DNA of 64,000 nucleotides from Albugo candida (taxonomy: Eukaryota), in contig JBDOQK010000016.1 in assembly GCA_040437565.1 (NCBI GenBank), positions 310,001-374,000 on the forward strand, read 5' to 3'. A program made the translations under genes and the position numbers. Position 1 is the stretch's first letter; each line of letters begins with the position of its first letter. Shown piece after piece: positions 24,730-37,974 of this stretch. The notes beneath the pieces were generated by a model. The model ran no database searches and was not told the origin of the DNA. It was given only the letters and a program-made list of their open reading frames with translations.

Positions 24730-26429
24730 ATGCCGCTCGAAACATTACATTTGCTGCCATATGGTTCACAACAAAAAAAATCGCTGAATCCTGAAGATGC
24801 ACGCGCACAAGGTGTTCAGCCGTATGGCCCAACAGTTGCGCTCGCAATGGCTTTAAATTATATCATAGGAACTGGCTGTTTCGGTTTACCTTACGCTTTT
24901 CATACAGCTGGAATTCTCCTTTGCTCAATCCTGTTGCTTATCGGCCTCTTTGGGGCTATTATCACTATGAATTACACACTAGAATCCTTGGCCCGTGCTG
25001 AAGGAGTATTCGCTGCTACTCACGGGCGCGGCCCATTGCATCGCATCACATATCGTAAATTTGATTTCACACTTGTGGGAGAAATATTTGCTGGTGAATT
25101 TGGTAAATATACAGCTCAACTCGTCATCACGCTATATGGAATTGGCTCTCTTTGGTCTTATGCATCAATCTTTGCTTCCTCCTTAGCTTCCATCATCATG
25201 ACTCAAATCATGGAGATTCCATGTGATGTGTATGGTCCTAACCCATCCAATAGCTGCTTAGATGCTTATTACACAATAATGGCCTTTTTTGCTGTGATTG
25301 TAATATCTATGGTGATTCTCAATCTGAGTGAACAAGCTAATGTACAGAAAATTCTGTGCTTTTATCGCGTGCTTGCATTTTCTCTTATGTTGGCCACGAT
25401 CCTAGTCAAATTGTGTGCGGATGGAGCGGATGTACTCTGGATACGATACAAGAAGATCGGTGGTTACAATTGGCAGCATTTTGGGAAAGGTTTTGGCCCT
25501 ACATTACTAGCACTAAATTGTCATTACAATATGCCGGATGTATTGCAGCCTTTGTATCCGAAAATGTTTGCCCGAGATACTGCATTCAGTGCCTTACTTA
25601 TATCCGGAACGTTCTACTTACTTCTTGGTGTGCTTGGGGCACTCACGTTTGATCAAGTAAATCCACTAGTAAGTCTCATGTGGAGCAACTATACCGGCTG
25701 TGGAAATGGTTGGGCTCCTTGTGACCCAACGCATGTGTCTCAGCTTGCGTTGAGAATGCTAGGAGTCTTAGCCAAATTCATCATCTTGTTGTTCCCTGTG
25801 GTTAATGTCACCTCCACNNNNNNNNNNNNNNNNNNNNNNNNNNNNNNNNNNNNNNNNNNNNNNNNNNNNNNNNNNNNNNNNNNNNNNNNNNNNNNNNNNN
25901 NNNNNNNNNNNNNNNNNACTATACCGGCTGTGGAAATGGTTGGGCTCCTTGTGACCCAACGCATGTGTCTCAGCTTGCGTTGAGAATGCTAGGAGTCTTA
26001 GCCAAATTCATCATCTTGTTGTTCCCTGTGGTTAATGTCACCTCCACATATCCAATGGTGGGTTTAACTATTGGTGACAACCTTTTGTCTTGTATACCGA
26101 AAAGCTTGGCTGCACCATTAGGTCCGAAAGTAGCAAGGAATGTTTCTCGACTGTTAGTATCCATCCCACCACTCATATTAGCCATGGTGTTCAAACAGCT
26201 GGACTTTATTTTCTCGATTGCGGGGATTCTGGGATTTTTGCTAGGTCTAACCATCCCATGCTGGTTTCAGCTTATCGGAAGCCAATACTGTCAGCGAGTT
26301 TGGGGTTTTACAGGTGCTTCAATCACACCTTACAACGTCAAATTCATCAGCTCCATAAAGTTTGCTCAGATTTACCTTGGTATAACCTTCGTTGTCACAG
26401 CAATCGCCGTTTGGACTTTGTATATATAG
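24730..26429 (+). CDS. Amino acid transporter, Aa_trans/TMEM104-like (AAAP family)
   Basis: ALNYIIGTGCFGLPYAFHTAG motif and ~11 TM segments. The two ORFs join after collapsing the gap overlap. Confidence 0.85.
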
Positions 26430-26508
26430 TAAAGATTATTGATGCAATATGTCCTATTATCGTGATATCACGCTCTTGCCGCCAAATACCTGAAATGATT
26501 GGTAGAAA

Positions 26509-28455
26509 ATGCGGTCTTTGCTTACTCATTGGCTGAATACTCACATCAAGACTCGCCGATCCTACGCCACTGAAAAATTCAATCCAATGAGCCACATTCT
26601 GAGCGCTGTGCCAACAACAACAAGCAATACTACCTCACCAATCCGTATCCGCCGAGCACTTCTATCCGTATCCGATAAAACGGGTCTTGTTGAACTTGCG
26701 TCATTTCTGTCTCACCATAATGTCGAATTACTCTCTACTGGAGGCACAGCACACGCGCTCCGTGAAGCTCAACTTCCTGTCATTGATGTATCTTCGTACA
26801 CTGGCTTCCCAGAGGTCCTTGATGGACGGGTCAAGACTTTGCATCCTAAAATTCATGGAAGCATTTTAGGTGTCCGAAACAATTCGCAACATGAACTTGA
26901 AATGAGATCCCATGGAATGCTTCCCATCGATTTGGTTGTGCTCAATCTCTATCCTTTTGAATCCGCAGTTGCAAAAAATGGAGATTTTGCTACCTGTATT
27001 GAAAATATCGACATTGGTGGTCCCTCGATGTTGCGTTCTGCGGCGAAAAACCATCAATCGGTTGTTATTTGCACGAGTCCTTGTCAATATGCAGCGTTGA
27101 GAGCAGAATTAGAGACCAGTGAACTTTTTTCAACAACACTAGACTCTAGACGTCAATACGCAGCTCAGGCGTTCAGCCTGTCTGCAAAGTATGACGCAGC
27201 CATCTCTTCCTGGATGCAGAACGCAATCTCATGTGAGCCTACACAAAAGTCCTTGATTACTCGCACATACAAACACGAAATGGGCCTAAAATATGGCTGC
27301 AATCCTCATCAGAAGCCAGCCTCTATCTCCAGTATCGATGGCTCTAACCTTCCTTTCAGAGTTGTGAATGGATTGCCAGGTTACATCAATCTCCTTGACG
27401 CTGTGAATGCGTACCAACTGGTGAGGGAATTAAAACTCTCTCTGCACCTTCCAGCTGCAGCTTCCTTCAAGCATGTCAGTCCGGCTGGTGCTGCAATCGC
27501 TATCGATCTGAGCGATTGCATACGGGACGTATATGAAGTCGGAAATGTTACGTTGACACCACTTGCATCTGCATACCTTCGGGCACGTAATGCCGATCCA
27601 TTGTCGTCTTTTGGTGATTTTGTAGCACTCAGCGATATTGTTGATGAAGCTACCGCCAGTATTTTGAAACGGGAAGTGAGCGATGGAATTATCGCACCTG
27701 GGTATGAGCCAGCTGCATTGGACATATTGCGAGCAAAAAAAGGTGGAAAGTATATCATCCTCCAGGCCGATCCAGACTTTTGCCCGCCTGATATGGAGTA
27801 TCGGGAAGTGGCTGGCGTCGTGTTTGCACAGAAACGAAATAATGTTCTCATCAACCAAGAGCACTTGATCAACATCCAGACACCTCAACACGGGGATGCT
27901 CGAGTACTCAGCGAAGGAGAAGAAAGAGACCTCGTCTTGGCTGCTATCACGCTCAAGTACACTCAATCAAACTCTGTTGGGTACGCCAAGGATGGTCAGA
28001 TGATCGGCGTCGGAGCTGGCCAACAAAGTCGCGTGGACTGTGTGAAGCTTGCTGGTCGTAAGGTTGCAACGTGGTACTTGAGACAGCATCCCAAAGTGAG
28101 AAATCTCGAATTCAACAGTGGCGTGAAACGCCAAGACCGAGTAAATGCCCGAGTTCGGTACATTGAAGGTGATATGGCTCCAGCTGAACTCGAACAGTTC
28201 CATACAATGTTTAAAAATCCTCCACCTGCGCTGAGTGAGACAGAAAAAACAACTTTTATGAAAAGCTTGAGCGATGTAAGTCTCGCTTCAGATGCGTTTT
28301 TCCCATTTCGAGACTCCATCGACCACGCTGCAAAACTTGGAGTCAAGTATATCATCCAACCTGGTGGAAGCAATCGAGATGATGAAGTCAAGGCTGCTTG
28401 CGAAGAAAATGGCATAGTGATGGCGTTTTCTGATGTGCGTCTCTTTCATCATTGA
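26509..28455 (+). CDS. purH: Bifunctional AICAR transformylase / IMP cyclohydrolase
   Basis: RALLSVSDKTG, STGGTA, GRVKTLHP, IDIGGPSMLRSAAKN, LKYGCNPHQ, SFKHVSPAGAA, GAGQQSRVDC, SDAFFPFRD, RLFHH*. Confidence 0.97.
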   Translation: MRSLLTHWLNTHIKTRRSYATEKFNPMSHILSAVPTTTSNTTSPIRIRRALLSVSDKTGLVELASFLSHHNVELLSTGGTAHALREAQLPVIDVSSYTGFPEVLDGRVKTLHPKIHGSILGVRNNSQHELEMRSHGMLPIDLVVLNLYPFESAVAKNGDFATCIENIDIGGPSMLRSAAKNHQSVVICTSPCQYAALRAELETSELFSTTLDSRRQYAAQAFSLSAKYDAAISSWMQNAISCEPTQKSLITRTYKHEMGLKYGCNPHQKPASISSIDGSNLPFRVVNGLPGYINLLDAVNAYQLVRELKLSLHLPAAASFKHVSPAGAAIAIDLSDCIRDVYEVGNVTLTPLASAYLRARNADPLSSFGDFVALSDIVDEATASILKREVSDGIIAPGYEPAALDILRAKKGGKYIILQADPDFCPPDMEYREVAGVVFAQKRNNVLINQEHLINIQTPQHGDARVLSEGEERDLVLAAITLKYTQSNSVGYAKDGQMIGVGAGQQSRVDCVKLAGRKVATWYLRQHPKVRNLEFNSGVKRQDRVNARVRYIEGDMAPAELEQFHTMFKNPPPALSETEKTTFMKSLSDVSLASDAFFPFRDSIDHAAKLGVKYIIQPGGSNRDDEVKAACEENGIVMAFSDVRLFHH

Positions 28456-28524
28456 GCGTTTAAAGTTGATCACGAGAAAAGACTGTAAGAACAAAAGCAC
28501 TTGACGCATTTGCGTTATTTCAAA

Positions 28525-29884
28525 TTATCCGTCAGCGTTGCTGGCCTCCTCGTATAGACTAAGAATCTCATTTTGGACCTCTAAAGCTTTAATTTCGTTT
28601 CCAGCTGCTCGAAAAGCTTCAGCTAGATTGTGTTGAGCTAATATACTCTCTGGATGACGTGATCCAAGCAGCTCTCGTCTAGTGGCCACGACCTCTTGAT
28701 ATAAAGCAATGGCTTCATCATATCTTTCTGATTCTTTGTACACAAACGCTAGATTGTTCATTGCTAGCGCTGTGGATACATGCTTGACTCCATACACTTG
28801 CTCCAGTCGTACTTTGGCGTTCTGCAGCATTTCGACACCTTTCTTCTGCTGTTTCAAATACCAGTATAGGAGGCCAAGATTGCATTCCGTCAACGCGATA
28901 TCGGGATGATTTGAGTCTAAATTCGCTNNNNNNNNNNNNNNNNNNNNNNNNNNNNNNNNNNNNNNNNNNNNNNNNNNNNNNNNNNNNNNNNNNNNNNNNN
29001 NNNNNNNNNNNNNNNNNNNNNNNNNNNCGTCTAGTGGCCACGACCTCTTGATATAAAGCAATGGCTTCATCATATCTTTCTGATTCTTTGTACACAAACG
29101 CTAGATTGTTCATTGCTAGCGCTGTGGATACATGCTTGACTCCATACACTTGCTCCAGTCGTACTTTGGCGTTCTGCAGCATTTCGACACCTTTCTTCTG
29201 CTGTTTCAAATACCAGTATAGGAGGCCAAGATTGCATTCCGTCAACGCGATATCGGGATGATTTGAGTCTAAATTCGCTTTACGAATTTTATAAGTTTCT
29301 TCAAAACAGTCAATTGCTTGTTGATGTGCCTGTAATCGCTCCATCCCCTTAGCACTTTGTGCAACCGTGCGGTACACTGCTCCCAGATTGAACAATGTGG
29401 TGGCATAGGACGCATGCTGCTTCCCAACGCTTTTCTCGTACACCTCTAGAGCATGTTGGTACGACTCAACGGCTTCTTCCATCTTTCCTAGGCTCTTGTA
29501 CATTAGCGCGATGTTCGAAATCGTACTTGCGTAAACCGCATGAGAGTCTCCAAAGTGACTCTGAGCGAGATCGCGGCATTCCACTGAGACATCCAAAGCA
29601 TCCTGATACTTTCCTGCACTAAGAGATCGTTACTTTTGACGATAAGAAATGGTTTTAATATCGTACGTGTACGCTTCTCGGATTCTATGCTGTAATGTAG
29701 CAATATCTTGTTCGACCTCGACGAACGAAAGTTTTTGACCTTGATGGTGATGGACTGTGATGTGAGATGAACTGCTGGAGAATTGAGATAGAAAACAGAT
29801 CGGATGTGTTGATTTACTGGATCTCTGTACAATTCTGAAATGTTTGGTGTTGAAAATGCGCTGAGAAACAAGCGCGAGACGCAT
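28525..29884 (-). CDS. TPR repeat protein (kinesin-light-chain-like TPR_12 repeats) with mitochondrial-type presequence
   Basis: 42-aa repeats such as HAVYASTISNIALMYKSLGK, HPDIALTECNLGLLY and HVSTALAMNNLAFVY. N-terminus MRLALVSQRIF. One intron near 29620-29665; gap overlap inside. Confidence 0.85.
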
Positions 29885-29965
29885 TTCAGATTGTGATCTG
29901 TTCCTGGTGAGTAAGCAGTACCGATGATACTGGCCCTGCCAAGTACGATATCGAGAATATCGCTA

Positions 29966-31543
29966 ATGATGCGTCTATGTCCTCATCAATGCACGCGGAA
30001 AGTTTCCACATCACTCTTCGGCTTGAAACGCACACCGATGCCTCACCGCAGAGGTGGATGTATTGCTAGAAACAATCCGTATCGTAACTTTTGCTCTCCA
30101 AAATCAATCGAAAATGGTGCAGCAAATGAGTCGAGACCACGAGTTCGAGCCGCAATTCTAAAAGAGATCAAAGAATCACTGAAAATAGCGATTAGTGTGA
30201 GTGACAACGACGCTGTTGGCATTTTTAATTGTGCTTGTTTCGTAGGGCGTTGCAATCGTGAGCGTAGTTGGGCTAACGGGAGGCTACCTGCTCGAATACA
30301 GCAAACAATTCACAGAAGTGGTGCCACCTGGCACGTTTGTGAGCATTCCAACTAGCGCGAAAGATGAAAATTTATCGAAGGGTGTCAATAATGTGCACAT
30401 TCAGTTGCGAGGAGCTCCAGATAGCAAGGTATTGATTGTTTTGGACGGGGGCATTGGAGAAACAAGTTTTGACTGGGACAAAGTGATGGCTGAGGTGAGC
30501 ATCTTCCTATGATTTTATTGTGAAATTTGAACAAGACATCACTATGTAGGTTGAGAAATTTGCTCGTGTGTTAGCAATTGACCGACCAGGTCTCGGCTTC
30601 TCTGAAGCAGGCAAAGAACCACGCTCCGCTGTACAAATTGCCGATGAGTATGAAGCTATTCTCCAGCAAATAAATGTACCAGAACATGTCATCTTAGTGG
30701 GCCATGGAGCGGGTGGATATAACATGCGGTAAAGCAGCATCTGCCTGAAATTGAATAAAAGATCGCTTAATGACTTGATGTCTAGTGAACTAGCTGCAAG
30801 GATGGAGGAGAGATCCACAGCATTTCAGTCCGAATGCGATGGACTTGTGCTTGTCGACGCATTGGAAGGTCAGCACTATCTGTGTATTATGCAGCACGCG
30901 CGTAAATAACATTGTGCGAGCAGAGAATCTGCGTATGGATTTGGAAAACGTATCAGAGAATGTTCGATGTGCTTTGCAAACGCTCGACTCCAACGGCGCA
31001 CGTGCTGTAGCTTTGGCTCAATTCGGTGTCATTCGGCTCATCCACGCCATCCAAAGCGAAAGGAATAGGATGAAGTTCTCTCCAGAAGCACTCGGTTACG
31101 TCAATCATTATGCACCTTCACCAAGCCATCGACAAGGTGTTGTGCAAGAAAACGCTGCGCTTCCCCTCACTGAACAGCATTTCCGAGATCTATCTGCCCA
31201 AAGAAACACAAAAGCAACATTTCCTTGCGTCGTGCTGTCCCATGGTCGACCGGATGTGTTCGATTCGCTACCAAGAATAGATCCCACTATCGATAGAGCG
31301 ACTGTGATCGAGCTGGAAAAGAAATGGTCATTAGCTCAGATGCGGCTGGCAAAGAGTTTTCCCATCGCAATTCAATCACAAATCAAAGACGCGGGACATC
31401 ACATTCCTCATGAGAATCCAAATATCATCGCTCAGGTCATTCGCGCTCTGATGGACGACTACACACGAAAATCTGATAATATGGATCAGGTAGTAGCGGT
31501 ATTACCTGATTGTTATTGCCCAAACACTGTAGTACCTAATTGA
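29966..31543 (+). CDS. Alpha/beta-hydrolase fold protein, multi-exon, with presequence and TM; nucleophile Ser appears replaced by Gly
   Basis: VLDGGIGETSFDW, AIDRPGLGFS, VILVGHGAGG, GLVLVD and DAGHHIPHENP. Confidence 0.8.
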
Positions 31544-32276
31544 TCAGTTCTTATAACGTCACAAGATTTTCGTTTATGATCCGTTGCTACCTAAAGGATT
31601 AGTTCGGAAACGGGTCCGAATTGATTTATGTAGAAAGTTTGGTATTTTATAAGGATGGAAAGTCGACAGCTTAGGATTTAAGACACAATTTTATGTTTCG
31701 AATGTTCTGCTGTTCACAGCAAAAGCATATGATCAGTCTGAGACGATAAGCGCATATGTTAGTCCGTACCGCAATTGCCAAGCATTCTCTTTCATGTTCC
31801 TATCACACAAAAGTTCGTTTTCTTTTGTCACATGATCGCAGCCTATAGGAAGTCTGATACTTCTCAGATTGTGTACTGGGGTGAAACCTGGTCAGTTGAG
31901 AAAGTGTTGTGTCTGCTTTTTCCGCAATTATCATTATAGCAGTATTTAATTGAAAAAGTACAATTCATTCAATGTTTATGGTACATCTATCGAATTCACC
32001 AGGATAGGATCCCGCTCTAATGCTGGCTCCTTGCGCTGAAAAGGCCAACAAACTAGTGGAAAAGGGCTAAATGATTGTGTGATTCAAGATGACTGACTGG
32101 AACAATCACAGTGCGACCATAAACGCGCAATGACTTTGATTCTGTATAGAGTAGGTTCCACAATCGTATCGGAGGAAACTTCTTTTTCTAGCAACTGTGT
32201 CATGGATTATCTCCAAACGATCACTTAGCATTTTGCGAAGAAAAGCACACATCTTTGCCTATAGCTATACAGAGAT

Positions 32277-32741
32277 ATGCCAACAGATGCCGAGCTGCTA
32301 AAGGTAGCGAATTTGATGGCCACGCGAGCCAAATCTATTCAAAACAGACTTTTATCGATTCAAAATTCAATCCGTTTTGAGAGCCTGGAAATAGAAATGT
32401 TGGAGGAAGAAACATTGAATTCTGAGATCCGGCTGCGCGAAATTGAAACTTATATTGTCGAAGTGCAAGAAGATATGGAATCATGTACTTGTAATATCAT
32501 GTACCAAGAGTATAACTCGGAATTGGGAGAATTGCAAGCGGAACGAGATGGTGAACTACATCTTTTGCAGCAATCAAACCTAATGCGAACGTCACATGAA
32601 GATAAGAAGCAAGAGCTGGAATTAAATGAAACCTCTCTTCAAGCTAGTCTAGTTGAGCTGCGTATACAATGCTGCACTCTCCTGAACTGGATTAGCCAAA
32701 CTAGGCAATATGCGATCTCGGCACCTTTAAAGTGCGTGTAG
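32277..32741 (+). CDS. Hypothetical acidic coiled-coil protein
   Basis: 154-aa ATG ORF, rich in E/L heptads, isolated in AT-rich flanks. Confidence 0.6.
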   Translation: MPTDAELLKVANLMATRAKSIQNRLLSIQNSIRFESLEIEMLEEETLNSEIRLREIETYIVEVQEDMESCTCNIMYQEYNSELGELQAERDGELHLLQQSNLMRTSHEDKKQELELNETSLQASLVELRIQCCTLLNWISQTRQYAISAPLKCV

Positions 32742-33187
32742 AGGATCAAAATGGATATTTATCACAACGATATTGGTTATTTCACTAGTTTAGCCAAATT
32801 TTGGAATTTATTATAAGCCAATGCAAGTGTAGTATTGATTCAGTGGCTCTGATCGTCTCACTTTGCAACTTGATACTTGGAGTGATAATCAGATTCCCTT
32901 CCGATCACTACATATCACTTACTGTACAGGATTCTAATGATGCAATTTCAAAAGAAACAAGCGTATGTCTGACTACATATATCTTGACGAAAAAAATCAT
33001 TGTCTGAAGTCATCCTCACCTACAGTATCGTCATTCTATACATACTCTAATTCCTTGAAAGATATAAAGCAAAAAAATAACGTATTATCGCATAATCAAT
33101 CGTCTTCTTTACTCTGCCTACTTGACCAATTGCTATAAGCATCCGGACTTAACGTTGTACGCCCACAATTGTAGCGTACTTATCAAG

Positions 33188-36100
33188 ATGGTACCCCGCG
33201 CAAGAGTTCAGATACAGGATCCTGAGATCCACATCGAGTCGATTTACGCGCCGCTTCCAATTGCATTTCGCCTCGATGTGCTTCCTTTCATATTCCTCTA
33301 CACCACTCTATGCATCCTCTTCTTCGAACGCCCAGAATGTGAGACGATTCTGACAATTTTAACGTCACTTGTGATATTTTTCCACGCCCTGGCCTTCCTC
33401 CTCACCGAATGGAGTGTCGATGTCAAGGCGTGGATGCACTATTCGTATCTTCCTCATATTCCATTGGATTCCGTGTACCTCAAAAGCTCGCATCTATGTG
33501 CCAAAGTCACACACATGCGAGCAGGTAATCCAAAGCAAATGGTTCCCTTACAATTCCCTTTTGTTTCTAGAATGACTTCGGAACGAGAACAAGATGAACT
33601 TGAGGAATTAGCGAAAGAATTAGTGACCATCTCATTCACTTACCAGCAGATAAAATGCTGCGCTTATAACGCGGACATGAACACAACACTATGGAGTCTC
33701 ATGAAAGGAGAAAAGCTCGATTCTGTCAAAGAATTTTCATGTTGTTTTCGACGATTGGAATTCCCTGATCGCAATGAGCTTCGATCGTACGTACAAGCAA
33801 ATGGATACTCGAGTGAGAAAGCCGTAGTGAGCGCCAAAATGAAGTGGGAAGATAATGATTTTGTGATACCAATGCCACCGTTCATTGAGTTATTGAAGGA
33901 ACAATTGGTTGCACCTTTCTTTGTATTTCAGGTAGGAATATTGTCGGAATTGTGGTGATTTCTTCAAACGCTAACTTCGGATGCCTTAGTTTTTCTGCAT
34001 GCTGTTATGGTGCTTGGACGATTACGTGTATTACTCATTGATGACCCTTGCAATGCTCGTCGTTTTTGAGTGCACAGTTGTCAAGCAGCGACAACGGAAT
34101 ATGGAAATGATGCATCAAATGCGTCATGCGCCTCAGCAGTGCCTTGTTTATCGATCGGTATGTATCTCTATCAGTACCGATGCATTTTGCCACATCTGAA
34201 TTATTATCTTCATGCTTTAGAAAAAGTGGAAACAAGTTTGGAGCACTGAGCTTGTTCCCGGAGATCTTATTTCACTCGATGCGTCGATTGTATCTGACAC
34301 CGGAATGAGGAAGGATGAGAATGATGGAACGATAGATGCTTTAGTCCCTTGCGATCTTCTACTACTTAGTGGCGCGTGCATCGTGAACGAATCCATGTTG
34401 TCGGGCGAATCGATACCACTTCGGAAAGAATCTCTCAGACTAGACGCTGGAGAGAAGGAAAGCGAACAGCTTGACATTGATGATACTTCAGGTGCTAAAC
34501 ATCGCAAACATGTGGTCTTTGGAGGTACTCGGGTCCTACAAATCACACGTGATGATGTTACTAGTAAGCAAACCTTGCCACCATTCAACCGCGGCTGTGT
34601 TGCGTATGTGCTTCGCACCGGATTCGGTACGACAAAAGGTAGTCTGATGCGTACAATATTGTACTCCTCACAGCGTGTGACCGCAAACAATGTCGAGGCA
34701 ATGTACTTTATAGCTTTCCTTCTCGTTTTTGCGCTGAGTGCTGCAGGATATGTGCTTTCACAAGGCTTACAGGATCAAACACGAAGTCGATTCAAGCTCT
34801 TACTTCACTGTGTGATGATCATCACNNNNNNNNNNNNNNNNNNNNNNNNNNNNNNNNNNNNNNNNNNNNNNNNNNNNNNNNNNNNNNNNNNNNNNNNNNN
34901 NNNNNNNNNNNNNNNNNNNNNNNNNAACCGCGGCTGTGTTGCGTATGTGCTTCGCACCGGATTCGGTACGACAAAAGGTAGTCTGATGCGTACAATATTG
35001 TACTCCTCACAGCGTGTGACCGCAAACAATGTCGAGGCAATGTACTTTATAGCTTTCCTTCTCGTTTTTGCGCTGAGTGCTGCAGGATATGTGCTTTCAC
35101 AAGGCTTACAGGATCAAACACGAAGTCGATTCAAGCTCTTACTTCACTGTGTGATGATCATCACCTCTGTCGTCCCACCCGAACTACCGATGGAATTATC
35201 TCTGGCTGTGACTAACTCACTTTTGGCACTGATCAAACATCAAATCTTCTGCACAGAGCCATTTCGGATCCCATTTGCCGGTCGAATTGATGTGTTCTGC
35301 TTTGACAAGACTGGCACTCTCACAAGTGATGATTTTACCATGCTTGGCGTCGCAGGATTACCGCTCAAGACAAATGTTGAGGAAGGCGTCTGCGATAATC
35401 AGCATTTACAAGAATTGAATATGATAGCAGCAGAAGATCTGTCCTTGGAACCCGTCCTGATACTGGCTGGTTGTCAGTCTCTTGTGGAGCTTCGTGGACA
35501 AGTGATGGGCGATCCGATCGAGAAGATAGCGCTCGAAAGCGTGTGCTGGTCTCTGAAAGCAAAACATGAATCATTAGTCCAGCCAGAATGTCATTCGAGG
35601 CTTTATGATTCGGTCAAATCGATGTCGATACTCCACCGCTACTCCTTCTCTTCGGAGCTTAAACGCATGAGCACAGTCGCGTTGGTGGAGTATTACAATC
35701 GGGATGGAAGAGGGAACACCAAGTCGACAAACAACGAGGTTCGCCTGCTGTGCAAAGGCGCACCAGAGGCACTTGAAAGCTTATATAAATCAAAACCTGC
35801 ATCGTATCAGGCTGTGTATCGACACTACGCGTCACGTGGCTGCCGAGTACTTGCATTGGGCTATCGAATTTTGAAAGGAAAAGCGGATGAACAAAGTGAT
35901 TACAAAAGCCGCAAGCTATCCCGTTCAGAGGCGGAGAAGGACTTGATTTTTGCGGGGTTTCTGATACTACATTGTCCTTTGAAAAATGACACAAAGCGTA
36001 CAATACGGAAACTGTTGCAATCAAAGCATAAAGTTGCCATTCTCACTGGTGATAATGTCTTGACAGCGATCGACGTTGCCGGACAAATTGACATTCACGG

Positions 36101-37853
36101 AGATACGGAAAAGAAGCCGTTGATACTTACGAGTCATAAAAGGGAACAAAGCAATGTACCGGAGTGGCGAACAGCCGATCAGGACCGACTGGAAGCGAAG
36201 GCTGATACTTGTTATTCATTCGATTTGGACCGTCTTGTCGATCTCGCTAGCCAATATCACCTTTGTCTCACGGGTGATGGCATCAGTGCACTATATCAGT
36301 CTCAACTGCAGCCATTGAATCGAGAAAAAGCGTTCAATAAAGAGCAAAAAGCTATGGAATCTTTCATGCAAGTCTTGGAAAAGGTGGTAGTTCATTGTAC
36401 TGTGTTTGCACGGACGTCACCTATCCAGAAGAAGCAAGTGATCATGGCATTAAATCGCTCGGGGAAAGGCACTGCGATGTGCGGTGATGGGACTAACGAT
36501 GTCGGTGCTTTGAAACAAGCACATGTCGGAATCTCAATCGTCAGCGCTCCAAAGCTGGAACGAGCTGCTCGTAAGGTGGCAAATACGCAGCAGACGTCTA
36601 CCATACAAGATCGACTCAATCGCCTACAGCTCGAGAATGAGTCTTCGCAGATCGTCCGTTTGGGAGATGCCTCTATTGCTTCTCCTTTCACGTCCAAATC
36701 TTCCAGTATTCGTGTCACTCGTCAGCTCGTTCGACAAGGGCGCTGTACATTAGTCACAACGGTCCAGATGTACAAGATCCTCGGAATCAATTGTCTTGTT
36801 ACAGCGTACTACCTCAGCGCGTTATTCAGCCGTGGCGTCAAGACTGGAGATCAGCAGATCACTATTTCGGGGGTACGTCGCTTATCTATACGATCGTAAT
36901 GCTTCATACTGAGTTGATATCGTAGTTTGGTATCGCGCTATTCTTCCTCTTTTTATCTCGATCGCGTCCGGCAAAGAAACTATGCAATCAACGACCTCCG
37001 CAAGGAGTTTTCACACCTATTGTCATATTGTCGATTTTAGGCCAATTCGTCATCCATTTGAGCTGTTTGCTTGGCGCTCTTGCTGTCGCAGAGCCATACC
37101 TCGACCCCAACGATCCTTCCATGCATCCCGATGGGAAATTTGCACCTTGTGTGATCAATAGCATCATGTTTATTGTATCCACAGTGATGCAATTGAATAC
37201 ATTTGTGGCGAATTATCGTGGTGCTCCTTTCATGGAATCTTTTTGGGANNNNNNNNNNNNNNNNNNNNNNNNNNNNNNNNNNNNNNNNNNNNNNNNNNNN
37301 NNNNNNNNNNNNNNNNNNNNNNNNNNNNNNNNNNNNNNNNNNNNNNNNCCTATTGTCATATTGTCGATTTTAGGCCAATTCGTCATCCATTTGAGCTGTT
37401 TGCTTGGCGCTCTTGCTGTCGCAGAGCCATACCTCGACCCCAACGATCCTTCCATGCATCCCGATGGGAAATTTGCACCTTGTGTGATCAATAGCATCAT
37501 GTTTATTGTATCCACAGTGATGCAATTGAATACATTTGTGGCGAATTATCGTGGTGCTCCTTTCATGGAATCTTTTTGGGAGCACAAATTGCTCTTCTAT
37601 GCATCGATGGCGTGTTATGGATTGCTATTCATGCTATTATATGAGATTTTTACACCATTGAATGACCTCTTTGAGCTCGTCCCGCTCCCCGATTCAGAGG
37701 TAACGTCTTGTCTTCCACGCAAGTCTCGTGCTCTGTTCATTCACTCGTTTGTAGGTTCGAGATCAAGTCGTTCGCGTTGTCCTCGGAGACACAGTCATGA
37801 CGATATTCTTTGAGACGATGTTACTGCAACTCGGCAAAAGGCTCTGCTGCTAA
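33188..37853 (+). CDS. ATP13A1: P5A-type ATPase (ATP13A1/Spf1 ER transmembrane-helix dislocase), multi-exon
   Basis: APFFVFQ, NESMLSGES, SVVPPELPMELSLAV (P5A signature), FDKTGTLT, KGAPE, TGDN, MCGDGTNDVGALK and RQGRCTLVTT. Confidence 0.95.
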
Positions 37854-37974
37854 AATGCAATAATAAAACACTATGTTTTTGCTTTGCGACCTGTTTTATA
37901 GAGCTCGCCGAGGAAATGCCCAAAGATCGCGTTGTAAGCATTCAAGTCGCCGGTTGAAGCGACTTCACGGTAGT

